DNA from: Macrostomum lignano
Lineage: Eukaryota
Length of the DNA stretch: 64,000 bases
NCBI GenBank assembly: GCA_002269645.1
Contig: NIVC01001983.1
Location: 1 to 64,000 of the forward strand
Direction of reading: 5' to 3'
The translations under genes were made by a program, and so were the position numbers. Below are positions 49,501 through 62,214 of this stretch, piece by piece (the first letter of the stretch is position 1; every line of letters starts with the position of its first letter). Below the pieces are notes generated by a model, which worked only from the letters and a program-made list of their open reading frames with translations, did no database searches and was not told the DNA's origin.

Positions 49501-51610
49501 ACTCAGGCTCCACTTTATGAGCCTAAGTTTACAGCCCCTTTGAATGATTTGTAAGAGTTGAGATACCTCTTGTATCCAAAATCTAAGCTAGGCAGTGGCT
49601 AAGTGCACTTAAAAGCAAATCAAAGAGTTAAATCACAAGCCTAAGAAGTTTCGTCTTCATTGTAGCACAGAGGCGGAAGGCTGCTCTCCAGAATGTACCC
49701 GCCGCTGTCAATCGAATTTTGTAAAAGAAACAATCTTCTCCCCGATTCCCATTTATCCCAGCTGGGAATGTGAAAGCCGAACTGTTTAATCTGGGAAGTT
49801 TGACGGAAGGTCGAGGCTGGGGTGGGGTTAGGGTTTTCGGGGCCATCGGCAGGCACTAGCACAGGCAGGATTAGGGGCCAATATGAATTGCTGCTTCTAG
49901 GGGCAGGCAAAAGGGCATTGCTGCTCCCGCACTGTGAAATAAAATCTGTTGCTGGCAAATTCTACCGCTTTTCTAACAAAAGGTGAAGCCAGTCTTCTGC
50001 AAGCAGAAAAGCTATATACATTATAGTATATACATTATTATACATATATTATACATTTGTATATACATTATACTACCTAAAATAAAGAAAAGGTACGAAA
50101 AAGTCAAGCAGTTTCGCAGTGTCACAAAGTCTCTGTAAAGAAATGAAAACAATGCATCTCTATAAGAAATAACTAGTCATGTAAAGATAAGTGCTCGTAT
50201 CTATTTTAACACTCCTACTGCACGTGAATGGTGTCAATTAAAAGATAAAAAAAAGTTTATGAAAACAAAAAAATTAGACTTTGAACTTTCAGCACTTCTC
50301 CTACAACACTTACCGCTTGCTTACCGAGAATAGGTAATCTGGGCAATTCATAAGCACCGCAAATGAATAAGCTTGATTGGGTTTCATCGTGTATGAAAAG
50401 GCAAAAATATGTCTAACATTCTAAAGCAATCCTTCGAAATTCAAATATTTGCATTAAAACAAATTATCTGAATATCCCATCTTTGGAATCTGTTTAAATA
50501 CCAAATTCTAAGAATTTCAAAATCTCACACAAGTTTCACAACTTCGCAAAAATTGTAAATTTCCTGTGAATTTGGAAGTAACTCATTCAACAAATAGATA
50601 AAAAATATTTATGGCCATAACTCTCACCAGTGAACAGAGGGCTGGCTTTCCATACAGTGATGGGACCGGTGGCTGAGTACTGGCCAAAACAGGTCTCCAT
50701 GTACATCAGCGGGATGCCCACAAATAGCAGCATGCTGGCGAACGGAATCAGGAAGGCCCCTCCGCCGTTCTGAATAATTTTATAAAATCAATATGGTGCG
50801 ATAATGATCGAAATTTTATTTTAAAACACAAATTATATAAGACATTACCTTGTAGCAGAGGTAGGGAAATCGCCAGACATTCCCCAGGCCAACAGCATAA
50901 GAGAGACAGGAGAACAAAAATTCTGCTTTGCCACCCCAGGACTGGCGAGCCACCTCCTCTTTTTGTGGCTCCTTGGGCTCAGCAAAGGTGTCCGGCTCAA
51001 ACCTAGTGCACTTGAGGTTGGCGTCAGACTGGCAGAACAGAAAAAGAAAAGAAAACTATTACAGATTTGATTAGATTATAGGTAAGGAAGGGTATTTATC
51101 CAATAGGATATTTTTTGCTTTAAGTATCTATTAAAATACAACATTTTAAAATATTAATCATGAGAAAAGCATTTTGTTAAAAATAAATAAATATGAAAGA
51201 ATAAAAAAGTAGTAAATCAAATATAGCTATTTTATAAAGCAATAAAATCGCATACATATGCAAAGCCTATCTTTAATTTGTTTTTTAAACTTCTTTGAAT
51301 TCAGTTATATTTTATCATTGCTGTCGCATGAAAAAATTCATTTTACACATGAAATAAAGACATAAACTGTCTAAAGTTTCGATTTCTGAGTAAATTTAAA
51401 ATAAGAACTTTATCAGAATAATTTGCAATAATTGTTCAGCTGAAGGCCTATAATTGTAATGAGGAAATAACTATTCTAATAATTGCAAATTCCAAATCAA
51501 TCAAGTTACAAGCTAATTTACTAAATAAAAATTAAATACAAAATCTTTCGACATACTTGAAAGAATGTAACATCCTGCGGACCTCCTTCCTTTTCAACGT
51601 CTGTTGACAT
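39825..51610 (-). CDS. SLC6 Na+/Cl- dependent amino-acid transporter, glycine-transporter (GlyT)-like, about 703 aa
   Basis: 13 exons, all GT-AG and in phase: 51557-51610, 50849-51028, 50628-50769, 49260-49412, 47725-47989, 44508-44640, 44220-44378, 43134-43213, 42940-43064, 41108-41358, 40528-40905, 40308-40415, 39825-39908. Motifs [91 protein letters not shown]. Confidence 0.93.
40463..40527. repeat. (CTAA)n microsatellite forming the 5' end of SLC6 intron 11
   Basis: Minus strand reads CAG|GTTAGTTAGTTAG... Confidence 0.95.
43290..43955. repeat. 23-bp minisatellite (GGTTTAGGGGCGACTCTCAGTGT), array 1
   Basis: SLC6 intron 7; same unit as 47030-47620. Confidence 0.95.
44712..46143. repeat. 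About 47-bp minisatellite with an internal dyad, about 30 copies
   Basis: AGAGCTTGTCTCCGGCAGAATCTCAGCCTGAGATCTTTCCCCACATC; SLC6 intron 5. Confidence 0.97.
47030..47620. repeat. 23-bp minisatellite, array 2
   Basis: Same unit and orientation as 43290-43955; SLC6 intron 5. Confidence 0.95.
48930..49140. repeat. (GTGTTG)n hexamer repeat
   Basis: Degenerate hexamer run. Confidence 0.9.
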
Positions 51611-54600
51611 TATGAATTCTTTTAATCAAAGAAACAGTTTGTTAAAAAGCAGGATTATTTCAATTCTGTATAACCTTTAGACTATAAAATAAAATAAGAT
51701 ACGCGTGAAAATCTTTAATCAGTTCAATTATGTCGAACATTAATTTGTCCGAGCTATATATCAATATATATAAATATCGATAATTCACGTGAATATCCAC
51801 GATGTTTAAAATGTTTTTGTTGTATTCATCGCCCTGTCATTTATTTATTAATGGACATCCTTAACAGATTTAAAAACTTTTTTTCTTTTCAAGCTTTAAA
51901 ATGATACAGTACGAAATCTGCAGACATAAATTTTGCAGATAAATTTGATATAATTTTTGTTCGTTAGCTTGTCCGTAATATAAAATAAATTACCTTTAAA
52001 GAACTTAGAAAGTATTTGAGTGACTATTGACTATTCTGTCGTGAAATTAAATAATGATCCATCTATCTTGTTGTTCTTTGACTTGTAAATGAGTAAAGGT
52101 ACACAGTATGTACTATATATACGAGTATATATTCGAGAACATTCTAGTATGTTATTAATATAATGTGTTTTTACGTCCACGTATTTGCCATTTATCATTC
52201 CAATTACACATTCCAATCAATCCAATGCAGACTTCAAAATACACCTTAAATATTCTAATTGAATTACAATAAAGCATACAATTCGTACTGACAACGACAA
52301 AAATATATGAAAAATATATACTTACATGCATATTTAAATTCACTTATTGTTTATTCTTGTTTTCTAAATGGTCTTCTATTTTTTTCACAAGAAAATACAT
52401 CATATACATGCAACAAGCTCCTTCAAATTTTAAATTCATGCGAATCATGCATGAGCATATCGATTCTAGGAAGTACATGTACATTAAGATATACTGTACA
52501 TATACCTAGACGCTTGTACTCATGCAAACATGCAATTCGGTGTATATGTATGCTTGTCGCTACAGATATTGCATTTTAACCATATCTCGGAGTCGGGTTC
52601 CGTCCGACCTTGCGTCGTTCCATATCCCTATCGGACATACGTGGACAAAAGTTATGCCCATGCACTCACTTGCAGGAAAAATCTGTTTGGTATTGTAAGT
52701 ACTTTTTGTCTACTTCCCCTAACATTTATTCAGCAAAGTAAATTTTTGGTAAAAACACATCCATGCGGCAGGAAAAGTTCATCTGATCTGATGGAACATT
52801 TCTCTGCTGTGCATGTCAAAGTACACGGTGACCCGGAAAATTAATTGATGTTTTAAATATTAATCAACATTAAAATGTAAATCATGCTCTAAACTAATCG
52901 TGAACTCATGCAACCGTTTTGCCAAGAATATTAATAAAATCAAAGCCGTTTAAAGGAATGCTACGCTTTATTCATGTAGTGAGACAGCAAAAATATGATT
53001 TATTCATCAGCAACGACCCAAACGGCGCCGGAACAACACAATTCAATCAGCATTGAAATTGAAATTAAAAACAGAAAGTAAAACTGTCAAAATCTTCAAT
53101 CATATTAATATAGTTTTGGGTAACCAACATTTAACATATCGCACACATGACTTGTAAACACGTAACACGAAGGGAGGATGGATTTATAATGAATACACAA
53201 TTGCCACATTGAGAAGCAGCGAGACGAAAAGGTGATTAAAATTAGCAAAAACAGAAGCTGACGTCATGATTAAGCAAGAAAACGAGCTAACGAAGAACTA
53301 ATAGAGGTAAAGAAATTGCGACATAAGTTCATAAAGCATGCCGACCTGTTGGTCTGAAAAAAAATTGTAAAAGACAAAAATAGTACACTATAAAGTGTTG
53401 CAGAACAACATTTATATTTGAAAAAAAAATATCAATTCGCAGATCGCAGTCGACAATTTTAATTAACTGCAGTAAATAATCACACAAAACTGTGTTATGT
53501 ATGCGCATAAGGATAACAAAAACAAATGATTGGTTATTAGTGACAACAATGCACTCTGCCCAGCATAAGCCGGCCATTTCAAACTAAATCGCACACTTTA
53601 AATAACAATAAGTTTATAAAGCAGCATTAATTGTGACTTTAATCATCCGTGTCATAAATCCATATCTGCAGGATTAAAACAATGAAAAGTGTTATCATAA
53701 TAATAAAAGCACTGGATTGTGTGTCAACTGAGGTGAGAACAGTGAAATAGGAATTCGGATTATCTGTAATCGCGTCTTAATCAAAGATTTCACACGTTTT
53801 ATTAGCTAAACATTGGACGAAAACAAAATGGAGAACAATTTAAATATGAAGCACAAGAATGACAATGGATGGATAAGCGTATACCCCCGACTGCTTGCTT
53901 ATTTAAAGGCCCGATGTTGCTTCAAATTGGTTAAGAGACAGCAAGTTTTATTTTTATCACTACCCAGCTAAATTGATGCCCTAATTACTTCCCTTTTCTT
54001 AAAAAATTATTTAAAACTAGCCATGGTGTTTTGCTTCTATTAAAAATACTCTTGGAAGCTGGAAAATGTGCAAAATTCAAGCAAAACTGCGGCATTGCCT
54101 TCTTTACCGGAATAGTTTTTCAAACCAATTTTCTCTTTCGAAATTTTTCTATGGCAAAACCTACTCAATCCAACTGCTTCTGCAACATATATTTATGTAG
54201 CGTTTCTAATAATTTCGAGTTGGGGTGCGGGCACCATGGCGCAACACCTTTCGGCGACATCGGGCCCACAACCTGCGCGGACGGCAATTCTGGCCAATGC
54301 TGACTCCTGTCCTGAGCGCATACAACTTCTTGGATCTTGTTTCTAGATTAGAAACAACCAGAAATTGCAGTCGCTTTGCTAAAGACACCACGTTTAGAAT
54401 AACTTTTAAAATAACTTAAGTCTAAGTCTCGTTTCTGGGCAAAATTTTATTTAAAATCCCTAGCGAGGACGCTGACAACTTAAACCTGTGACGGGTCAGT
54501 GAAGTTAAGAAACAATCGATTAATTGAGAATGAAAATTTAAGCTGACTAAAATTGAACTTTGTTACAATCAGTGCTAATTCCTTAAACGACGAAAGATTA

Positions 54601-55195
54601 AACGGCTTCGTAAAACTCAGCGTCCAGTTTCTCAGAAAACTGTAAAAACATGGACGTAGTGCCAAGTCAGTTTCTAGGAATGCTAAACTTTAAATTCCAT
54701 AAATACCAAAATTTTCCAAGAAATTTGCTTTGAAAAACACCGGAATCGGTTTTATAATATTTTCTCTACTTTGCTTTACTATCTACTCAATATAGTTTCT
54801 CTACTCTTGGAAATTAAAATAACTATATTCTAACAAACCCTGCATAACCTACTTTTTTACAAGCAAGGTAAAAGCAAGGACTACTCAAGTAGAAGGACGG
54901 AAGACGATACGTTTCTTGGTAAATTTTAGGTTTTACCTCAAAAATACATTACGGAGATAGGAGGTTTTCATTTTTCAGCACAAAAATTGTTATTGCTTTT
55001 GCTAGAAGGGACGTAGAAGTCCAAGAAACGTAGTTTCCTATAATCTTACTTGACTAGTCCTTGGGTTGAAGCTCAAAATCCTAATTATTACCTATTTCTG
55101 CCTCTGAAAGCAGACTAGACGGAGGCTCCTTCTATTATCGAACTACTGAAACCTGCAACATTAATTATTATCAACCATTGGAACACGGCAGTGGT

Positions 55196-58100
55196 TCAGA
55201 GCCCCCGAGCCTGCAACAGCCGGTCGAGTTTCTCCTCGATGCGCTGCAAGTGAGCGTCAGTCTCCTTGGCCTTGGCCTGCACGGACGCCAGGCCAGTCAG
55301 CATGAAGCCCTGGTTGCGGTACATCTCCGTCAGGCTCACCGAACTGTCCGCCAGCCGTTTCTGATCGTTGCGTAGCTCCCGGATGCGGTGGATGGAGTGC
55401 AGCAGCCGACGCTGGTGCTTCAGCGTCTTAGTCGCATTGCCAGCCCGCTTGTACTTGTAGGACAGCCAGCCCTCCTTCAGGATGTTCGCGGCCGCGTGTT
55501 TCACCTGCTTGTCCAGCTCGATATCAATCACAAAATTGTGCACGTACTTCTCGGCTCTGGACAGTTCCAGCTTTCTGGCCAGTACGGCCACTACAAGAGC
55601 CGTCACACCTGTGCCGAACAGTCCTGGGAGGCGGGCAAGGGGGTTTTATAATTAATGAGCTGCTGGACGCTGAGGGGTGCTTCACGTCTTAAATTACTTC
55701 TCTATTGTTTCGATTTGCTTGCCTTACTCCGGTAACTCCTGATTCATCTATTCTATACTCTCCCTCTCCTACCCTCCCTCTCCTACCCTCCCTCTCCTAC
55801 CCTCCCTCTCCTACCCTCCCTCTCCTACCCTCCGTCTCCTTCCCTCTCTCTCCTACCCTCTCTCTCCTACCCTCTCTCTCCTACCCTCTCTCTCCTACCC
55901 TCTCTCTCCTACCCTCTCTCTCCTACCCTCTCTCTCCTACCCTCCTTCCCTCCCCTACCTTCCCTCCCCTACCTTCCCTCCCCTACCTTCAACCCCCCTA
56001 CCCTCCCTCTCCTACCCTCCCTCTTTCCTCTCTCTCCTCTCTCCTCTTTCTCCATACGTACAGCATAAAAATAACATACAAAAAGAGAGGCTTAAGCAGT
56101 TGAGCAACCATGCAGAGAGTCAGTCCTTAGTTACCATTCTCTCCATTCGAACACTTAGCTTACTACTGAGCAAAGTGCAGACTCAGAGATGCGGCTTAAC
56201 AGCGAAATCCACGTAATTATTTTATAAAAAGAGAGATTGCCCCAAAGCCACAGTTATTAACACCAACCAAGGATTAGTAGAGTTAATCCTGCTCGAAGAC
56301 TACAGTTGCACTGCCAAAGCCCATCATAGGCAAAGCCAATAGTCGTGCAGATGGACTTTGAAGCTTTAAAGCTTTGAAGGAATTGACTGAATATATTTAT
56401 TTATTCAGTATATCTATCTCTTTAGCCGGTCTGGGACCTTCTGTCGGGCCGGCCCAAACCTGCCCTACAGCAAGAATAAAAATACGGATGAAAAATAGCA
56501 CAAAATAGACAGAGAGACAGATGGCACCCACCTCCAGTGCAGTGTAGCTACAGTATGCGGTTAGAAAATTGAGACGGCCAAACTAAATTGATGAGTAATT
56601 GAAGTCGGGGCCCTTAATCCGCATCTAACTACTCATAATCCGCAGAACTAACTGACTGACTGACTGACCGCGGCAGGGCCTCTCAGTTCTAGTATTCACC
56701 TTTAGCCAGTGAGAGTGTGAGAAAACTGTGCATAATGGTAACTCGTCTCCAGAGACAGCCCGCTCACCCAGACGGGCAAGCCCTCAGCAAACGCCAAAAA
56801 TCGATTTTCATGTCTTGCATAGATAAATAAATTTCTGTCAGACGTATCATTGAGTTGGGATTCGACCCACCCAACCCCACAGGCCAGGGAAATATGAGAA
56901 TTCTGGGAAGATGTGTGCCGAGTTTCTTCTAAATTAAGAATACACACACTGAAGCTAGAAGCTAGAATGCCATATAAGTTCGCTTTGGCCTCCCTCCTTC
57001 AAAGCGATCGAAGCCATTTTATCGATTCGAATTTCGAAATTTGATACTTAACGATTTAAAAGTGCAAGAACGCTTTGGTTAATTTACGATGCAAGACTTA
57101 GCGCTGGCTTGTCGCAACTTTCTTAGTTACGAGCTATCTATTCAGTTTCTCTGCCCACGTCTCTGTTTACTCTGTTTCCTCTCCCTCTGTCTACTTCAGT
57201 CTTTTCATGCTTTTCCCTCTCCCTCGCTGCTTTCTGATTGGCTCCTCAATCTCGCCTCTTCCCTCAGTCGTGCATTCCACGCCCTCATCTGTTTTCTCTG
57301 TTTACTCTGTCTTCTCCCCCTTTCAATCTAGTTCAGTCTTGTTATCTCTCACCCTCGCTGCTTTCTGATTGGCTCTTCAATCTCGCCTCTTTCCTCAGGC
57401 GCGCACTCCACGCCCTCATCTGTTTTCTCTGTTTACTCTGTCTTCTCCCCTTTCAATCTAGTTCAGTCTTGTTATCTCTCACCCTCGCTGCTTTCTGATT
57501 GGCTCTTCAATCTCGCCTCTTTCCTCAGGCGCGCACTCCACGCCCTCATCTGTTTTCTCTGTTTACTCTGTCTTCTCCCCCTTTCAGTCTAGTTCAGTCT
57601 TGTTATCTCTCACCCTCGCTGCTTTCTGATTGGCTCCTCAATCTCGCCTCTTCCCTCAGTCGTGCATTCCACGCCCTCATCTGTTTTCTCTGTTTACTCT
57701 GTCTTCTCCCCCTTTCAATCTAGTTCAGTCTTGTTATCTCTCACCCTCGCTGCTTTCTGATTGGCTCTTCAATCTCGCCTCTTTCCTCAGGCGCGCACTC
57801 CACGCCCTCATCTGTTTTCTCTGTTTACTCTGTCTTCTCCCCCTTTCAATCTAGTTCAGTCTTGTTATCTCTCACCCTCGCTGCTTTCTGATTGGCTCTT
57901 CAATCTCGCCTATTCCCTCAGTCGTGCATTCCACCAGCCCATTTGCATTCCACCAGCCCATTTGCATTCCACCCCCAGTATTCCTTTTCTTATCTGTACT
58001 CAACCACCTAACGGCGGAGGACTAGTCAGGCATTCCACTACAGGAAAAATACGCGACTTGACCATGGGTCCACGTTAATATCTAATAATCTTTAACATTC

Positions 58101-60117
58101 TATATTCTCTATAAATTAGATTTCTTGAGTCCACTAGTCGAGTCCACGGGAGCCATGACTAGTCGAGTCCATGCCACCGTGGACCCATGGTCTAGTCGTG
58201 TATTTTTCCTGTAGTGGAATGCCCGCGAAAATGGGCTGACTCAACCCCCACTAATTGAATGTCTTAAAAATACACTCGTTCTATTACTGCCCATTCCACC
58301 GACTCCCCTGAGCAGGCACACAAGCGCGCGGATACGTACGCAGTCATACGCACAGGCACACACTCACACAGGAGTGTACAGCGGCCCTAACTTTATTTTA
58401 TCGTTAGGCATGTACACTTCACTGCGCCTTGGGGGGTTGGCTCTCAAGGCCGTTAATTGCACAAGCAGAGCCAAGCCGAGATTCCAATTCAGCCCCAAAT
58501 TAATGTGACTGCACTTGGAATCGAGCCTGGGTCGCTGGCACACCAGAGCAGCTGCGCTACCGCTGGGCTACGGCCCCCTGGTGTAATGATAGTAGACGTG
58601 CTTTTTTACATGCCAGTATCAGCTCAGGAAAATCACACTTGATTGTGATATAACCTGGGGAATGATAGCTTACTGAGCTATGACCCGAGGTACTAATACC
58701 TGGGTATAAGGGTATCAGACCTCACCCTCCCAGGGGCACCCGCTCTAGATGGAGAATTGGTAGCTTGGGTTGTGGTCCGATAGCAAGGTCCACTATTCTA
58801 ATCCCAACTATACAGCCAATGAGTTTTGAAGGTAGAGACTGCTTAAAGTAGTTCTACATTTTTACAGCTTAAATACCTTTACGACCTGCTAGCAGCTTCT
58901 GTTTTGTATCCCTGCAGCCCTATAGCCTTCTACTCACTAGCGTACATGCTTAAAGGATTAAGAAATCAAAGTAGGACAACTGGGTTATGAGTTTCACCTG
59001 ACAAGTATCTCAGCTGCAGATATTACTACTCGATAATGAATGATTGAATTATTGCTAAGCAGGATAGGGATCCCGATGGTCAATTCCGGGATTTTCGAAT
59101 CCCGGACAATTGTGATCCCAGGATTTATAGTTCTGGGATTTAGACCAAACGGATTAGACAGGTCAAGTCACCTGTCAGTACGGCGATGCCGCGGCCGCAG
59201 TAGGAGGCCGGCACGATGTCGCCGTAGCCGACCGTCAGGAAAGTGATGGCCGTCATCCACATGCTGTTGAGGAAGTTCCTGTGCTCAGGCCCGTGGTACA
59301 TCTCGCAGGCGCGCACAGCCCAAGACGCCCAGATGAACAGGAACAGGGCCATCACGGTGAGCACGTACTCGGGATACAGATTCATCAACGATTTGAATAT
59401 GAACCGGAAGTTGAAGTGGATCCGGTTCAGAGCGCCCAGACTCTGCGAGGAGGCATCCTGGTACAGGCGGCTGTGCAGCATCATGACCCGGCAGACCAGG
59501 TAGAAGCGCAGGAACATCGGCAGGCTGAAGATCACATCTATTGGGATGGCCTGCATCAGCCTGACGCTGTTGGTGTTGTCGTACGCCAGCATCTGCACCA
59601 TGTGCTGGCCGGGGATTGGGTGAATGGCGCAGACCAGCAGCTCCATGGCCAGATGGAAGCCCCTTGACAGGGTGATAGCCAAGCGCCAATCGTCCATCGA
59701 GTTGTCAATCATGAACACCTTGATGTCCAAGTAGTGATACCAGCTGATGAAGCCCAGTAATATGGCCGTGCTGACGCTGATGAGGCTCTTCATGACGATG
59801 GACCCGGCGCCAGCCTTGTTGAAGATCCCGGCGATGCAGAGCTCGGTCTCGATGATCATCATCACGATGCCCAGCATCGCGAAGAACAAGCTCAAATCTG
59901 CGATCAGCTTCCGGCGAACAAAGAGCTCCTTGCGTCTGGCCAGCCTAGCGCCAACGTTCTCGTATTTGAAGGTCTTTGTTGGGCCAGACGAAGAGCCATA
60001 GTTGCTGCCGCAACTGCCACCGACGCCGCCGCCGCCGCCGCCATTGGCTCGGCCGACGCCAACCAGCGGGATGGCCGGGTCTTCAATCATGGTGCTGCCG
60101 CTGCCCCGTCCGCTCAT
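55196..60117 (-). CDS. KCNN: Small-conductance Ca2+-activated K+ channel (SK/KCNN), about 457 aa
   Basis: Exons 59172-60117 and 55196-55623 join in phase 1 (LT G|gtgact ... cccag|GA LFG). Motifs NVGARLARRKELF, DNSMDDWRLA, LMLPMFLR-like FSLPMFLRFYL, pore TFLTVGYGDIVP, and calmodulin-binding domain RKLELSRAEKYVHNF...AANILKEGWL. In-frame TGA lies 30 nt upstream of the ATG. Confidence 0.93.
55760..56050. repeat. 14-bp pyrimidine-rich repeat (CTCCTACCCTCTCT)
   Basis: Located near the 3' end of the SK intron. Confidence 0.9.
57161..57934. repeat. About 131-bp tandem array, 6 copies
   Basis: Period of 130-131 nt is seen directly and in the offsets of the shadow ORFs (57499, 57630, 57761). Confidence 0.95.
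58029..58223. mobile_element. Short MITE-like inverted repeat
   Basis: 46-bp near-perfect TIRs GGCATTCCACTACAGGAAAAATACGCGACTTGACCATGGGTCCACG (58029-58074) and its complement (58178-58223); no TSD seen. Confidence 0.7.
58284..58577 (-). mobile_element. tRNA-derived SINE, family B
   Basis: Reverse complement GGGGCCGTAGCCCAGCGGT...GGCTCGATTCCAAGTGCAGTCAC aligns to the copy at 11843. Confidence 0.78.
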
Positions 60118-60325
60118 TTCTTGAGTAGCGACTGCTCTGCCTTCTCAGTGCTTTCTGGATTGCTGCTGCCTGCATGGGATGCGAATTTGAGCATAGAGGT
60201 TTATTGACAAGATAAAAAAGTACTTTAACGGCGGAAATTTACTGTTAAATGGCTTGCTTCTTAGTGCCGCTAGCGAGCGGGACTGAGCGATACAAACTGG
60301 GCGTTTGACTCTTCGACTCTAGTTG

Positions 60326-60637
60326 GGGTTTGCAGCGTAGTGGTCAGAGCGTCAGACTCACGACTTTAAGGTCGGGGGTTCGATTCCTGATCCCACTGGA
60401 ACAATTTGTGTCCTTGAGCAAAGACACTTAACCCTGCATTGCTTCAGTTCACCCAGCTGTAAAATGAGTGCCAGCATTGGCTGGGGTAATTGAGGGTGTG
60501 TGTGGCAACCCCCCCCCCCCCAGTGCTTGGACTGAACAGCCGTATGCAGCCTTCAGATGCGCCGTACAATAGCGGCGGCTGAGCTGTCGGTTGCACATCT
60601 GGCCATTAGGGCAGGTGTAATCAATTATTATTATTAC
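60326..60637 (+). mobile_element. tRNA-derived SINE, family A (CORE-like central domain)
   Basis: tRNA-like head with A box (TAGTGGTCAG) and B box (GGTTCGATTCC), then GTGTCCTTGAGCAAAGACACTTAACCC...CACCCAGCTGTAAAATG, and an (ATT)n tail. A homologous copy lies at 36190-36494 on the minus strand. Confidence 0.82.
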
Positions 60638-61039
60638 TGACTCTTCGACAAAGGACTGCCCTTGTCAGTTTTTAACCACAGCTTCACAGTTCACCCAATC
60701 ACGGCAAAGTGGATAGCTTTATAGTTTATAAAATCAGAGCAGGTGGCAATCAATTAAGCAGCCAAATCCCAGCTCAGAGACATTTAAGGGAGGAAATCCT
60801 GGATGGAAATCCAATCGGAATGGCTTTAAAAGCTGAACCTGATTATGGAAGACTAAATATCAGCAACGACAGGTACCAGGCTGGAAGGTTTTTTTCATAC
60901 TTTCACCTATTTAGGCTCCAGATTCCCAGTCATTTCAATAACTTCTTTATCTTCCCATCTATCTCTAGCTCTGCAATCTCTCTCCCTCTCTATCCTCGTT
61001 TCTCGAATCCGTTTTGCTTGTACTGCTGGCTCTTGAGTT

Positions 61040-61480
61040 GCCATCTCTCTGTCCCTCCACCTCTCCCGTCTCCCTTCCCCTCTCTCGTGCCGCCCTCTCT
61101 CATCTCCCTCCAACTCTCGTCTCCCTCCACCTCTCTTATCTTCCTCCACCTCTCTCGTCTCCCTCCACCTCTCTCATCTCCCTCCACCTCTCTCGTCTCC
61201 CTCCACCTCTCTCGTCTCCCTCAACCTCTCTCATCTTCCTCCACCTCTCTCATCTCCCTCCACCTCTCTCGTCTCCCTCCACCTCTCTCGTCTCCCTCCA
61301 CCTCTCTCTGTCCCTCCACCTCTCTCGTCTCCGTTCCCCTCTCTCGTGCCGCCCTCTCTCATCTCCCTCCACCTCTCTTGCCTCCCTCCACCCTCTCTCG
61401 TGTCCGCCTCTCGCTTCCCCACTTCTCTCGTGTCTCCCTATCTCGCCTCCCTCCTCTTCTCTCGTCACCCTCTGCTTTTT
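61040..61480. repeat. CT-rich degenerate repeat (CTCCCTCCACCTCTCTCGT)
   Basis: Polypyrimidine tandem array. Confidence 0.85.
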
Positions 61481-62214
61481 CATTATGGTCAATATGCCAG
61501 TTTCTCATCTCTCAACTTTACTTACACTATCTGTTCCTCTCCAGGTTTCAAATCGTCCAGCTTCCCAATGCTCTCATTCTCTCCCGCGAATAAAATTCAT
61601 TTCCTATATCTACGAGTTTTTTTATATTTTTCCTCATGCCAGTATCGTTTTTTATTCTCCGATCTGTCTCGTTTTCTGACGGCCTCATTCCATTATGATT
61701 GCCCTTCAGCGATGCATGCCGAGCACAGCGGGGGGTCCACGCTTTTGTGTCTTCCTCTCCTTCTCTTCCCTTCTCGCTTTCTATTTCTCTCAGGGGGGAG
61801 ACTCATGGGAATCGAGCCCGCGCAGAAAATGTCTCCTGCAGCCGAGCCGGGGGCAGCGCACAGACCAAACACACAACTGCAAACACACACAAACACATGC
61901 ACACACACACACATGCTTAGGCAAAGTCTAAATTATAAATGCAATATGCCTCTCATGCGCCTTGCTGGGGTGGGCAAGGCGCAAGACTAAAACCAGCGTT
62001 CCACTTCCCCCGTTTCTGCCAGACACCGGTCGCGGACACGACAGCTCCGCGGCAGTCTCCATCTGGATTTGGCCTTCTGTGTACTTAAACTGCCGACATG
62101 GGGCTGTAAACACTGCGTCTCCGTCTGCCTCCTTCTGGGTTGAATTCTGAGAAACTCAAAACGAAAAATAGAAAGCTGTGCATGGAGCTTTGTGAAACAG
62201 ATTTGTGATCCACC

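Noticed and set aside
60709-61990. Ser/Leu/Pro-rich ORFs of 200-290 aa
   Set aside because: Polypyrimidine repeat artefacts.
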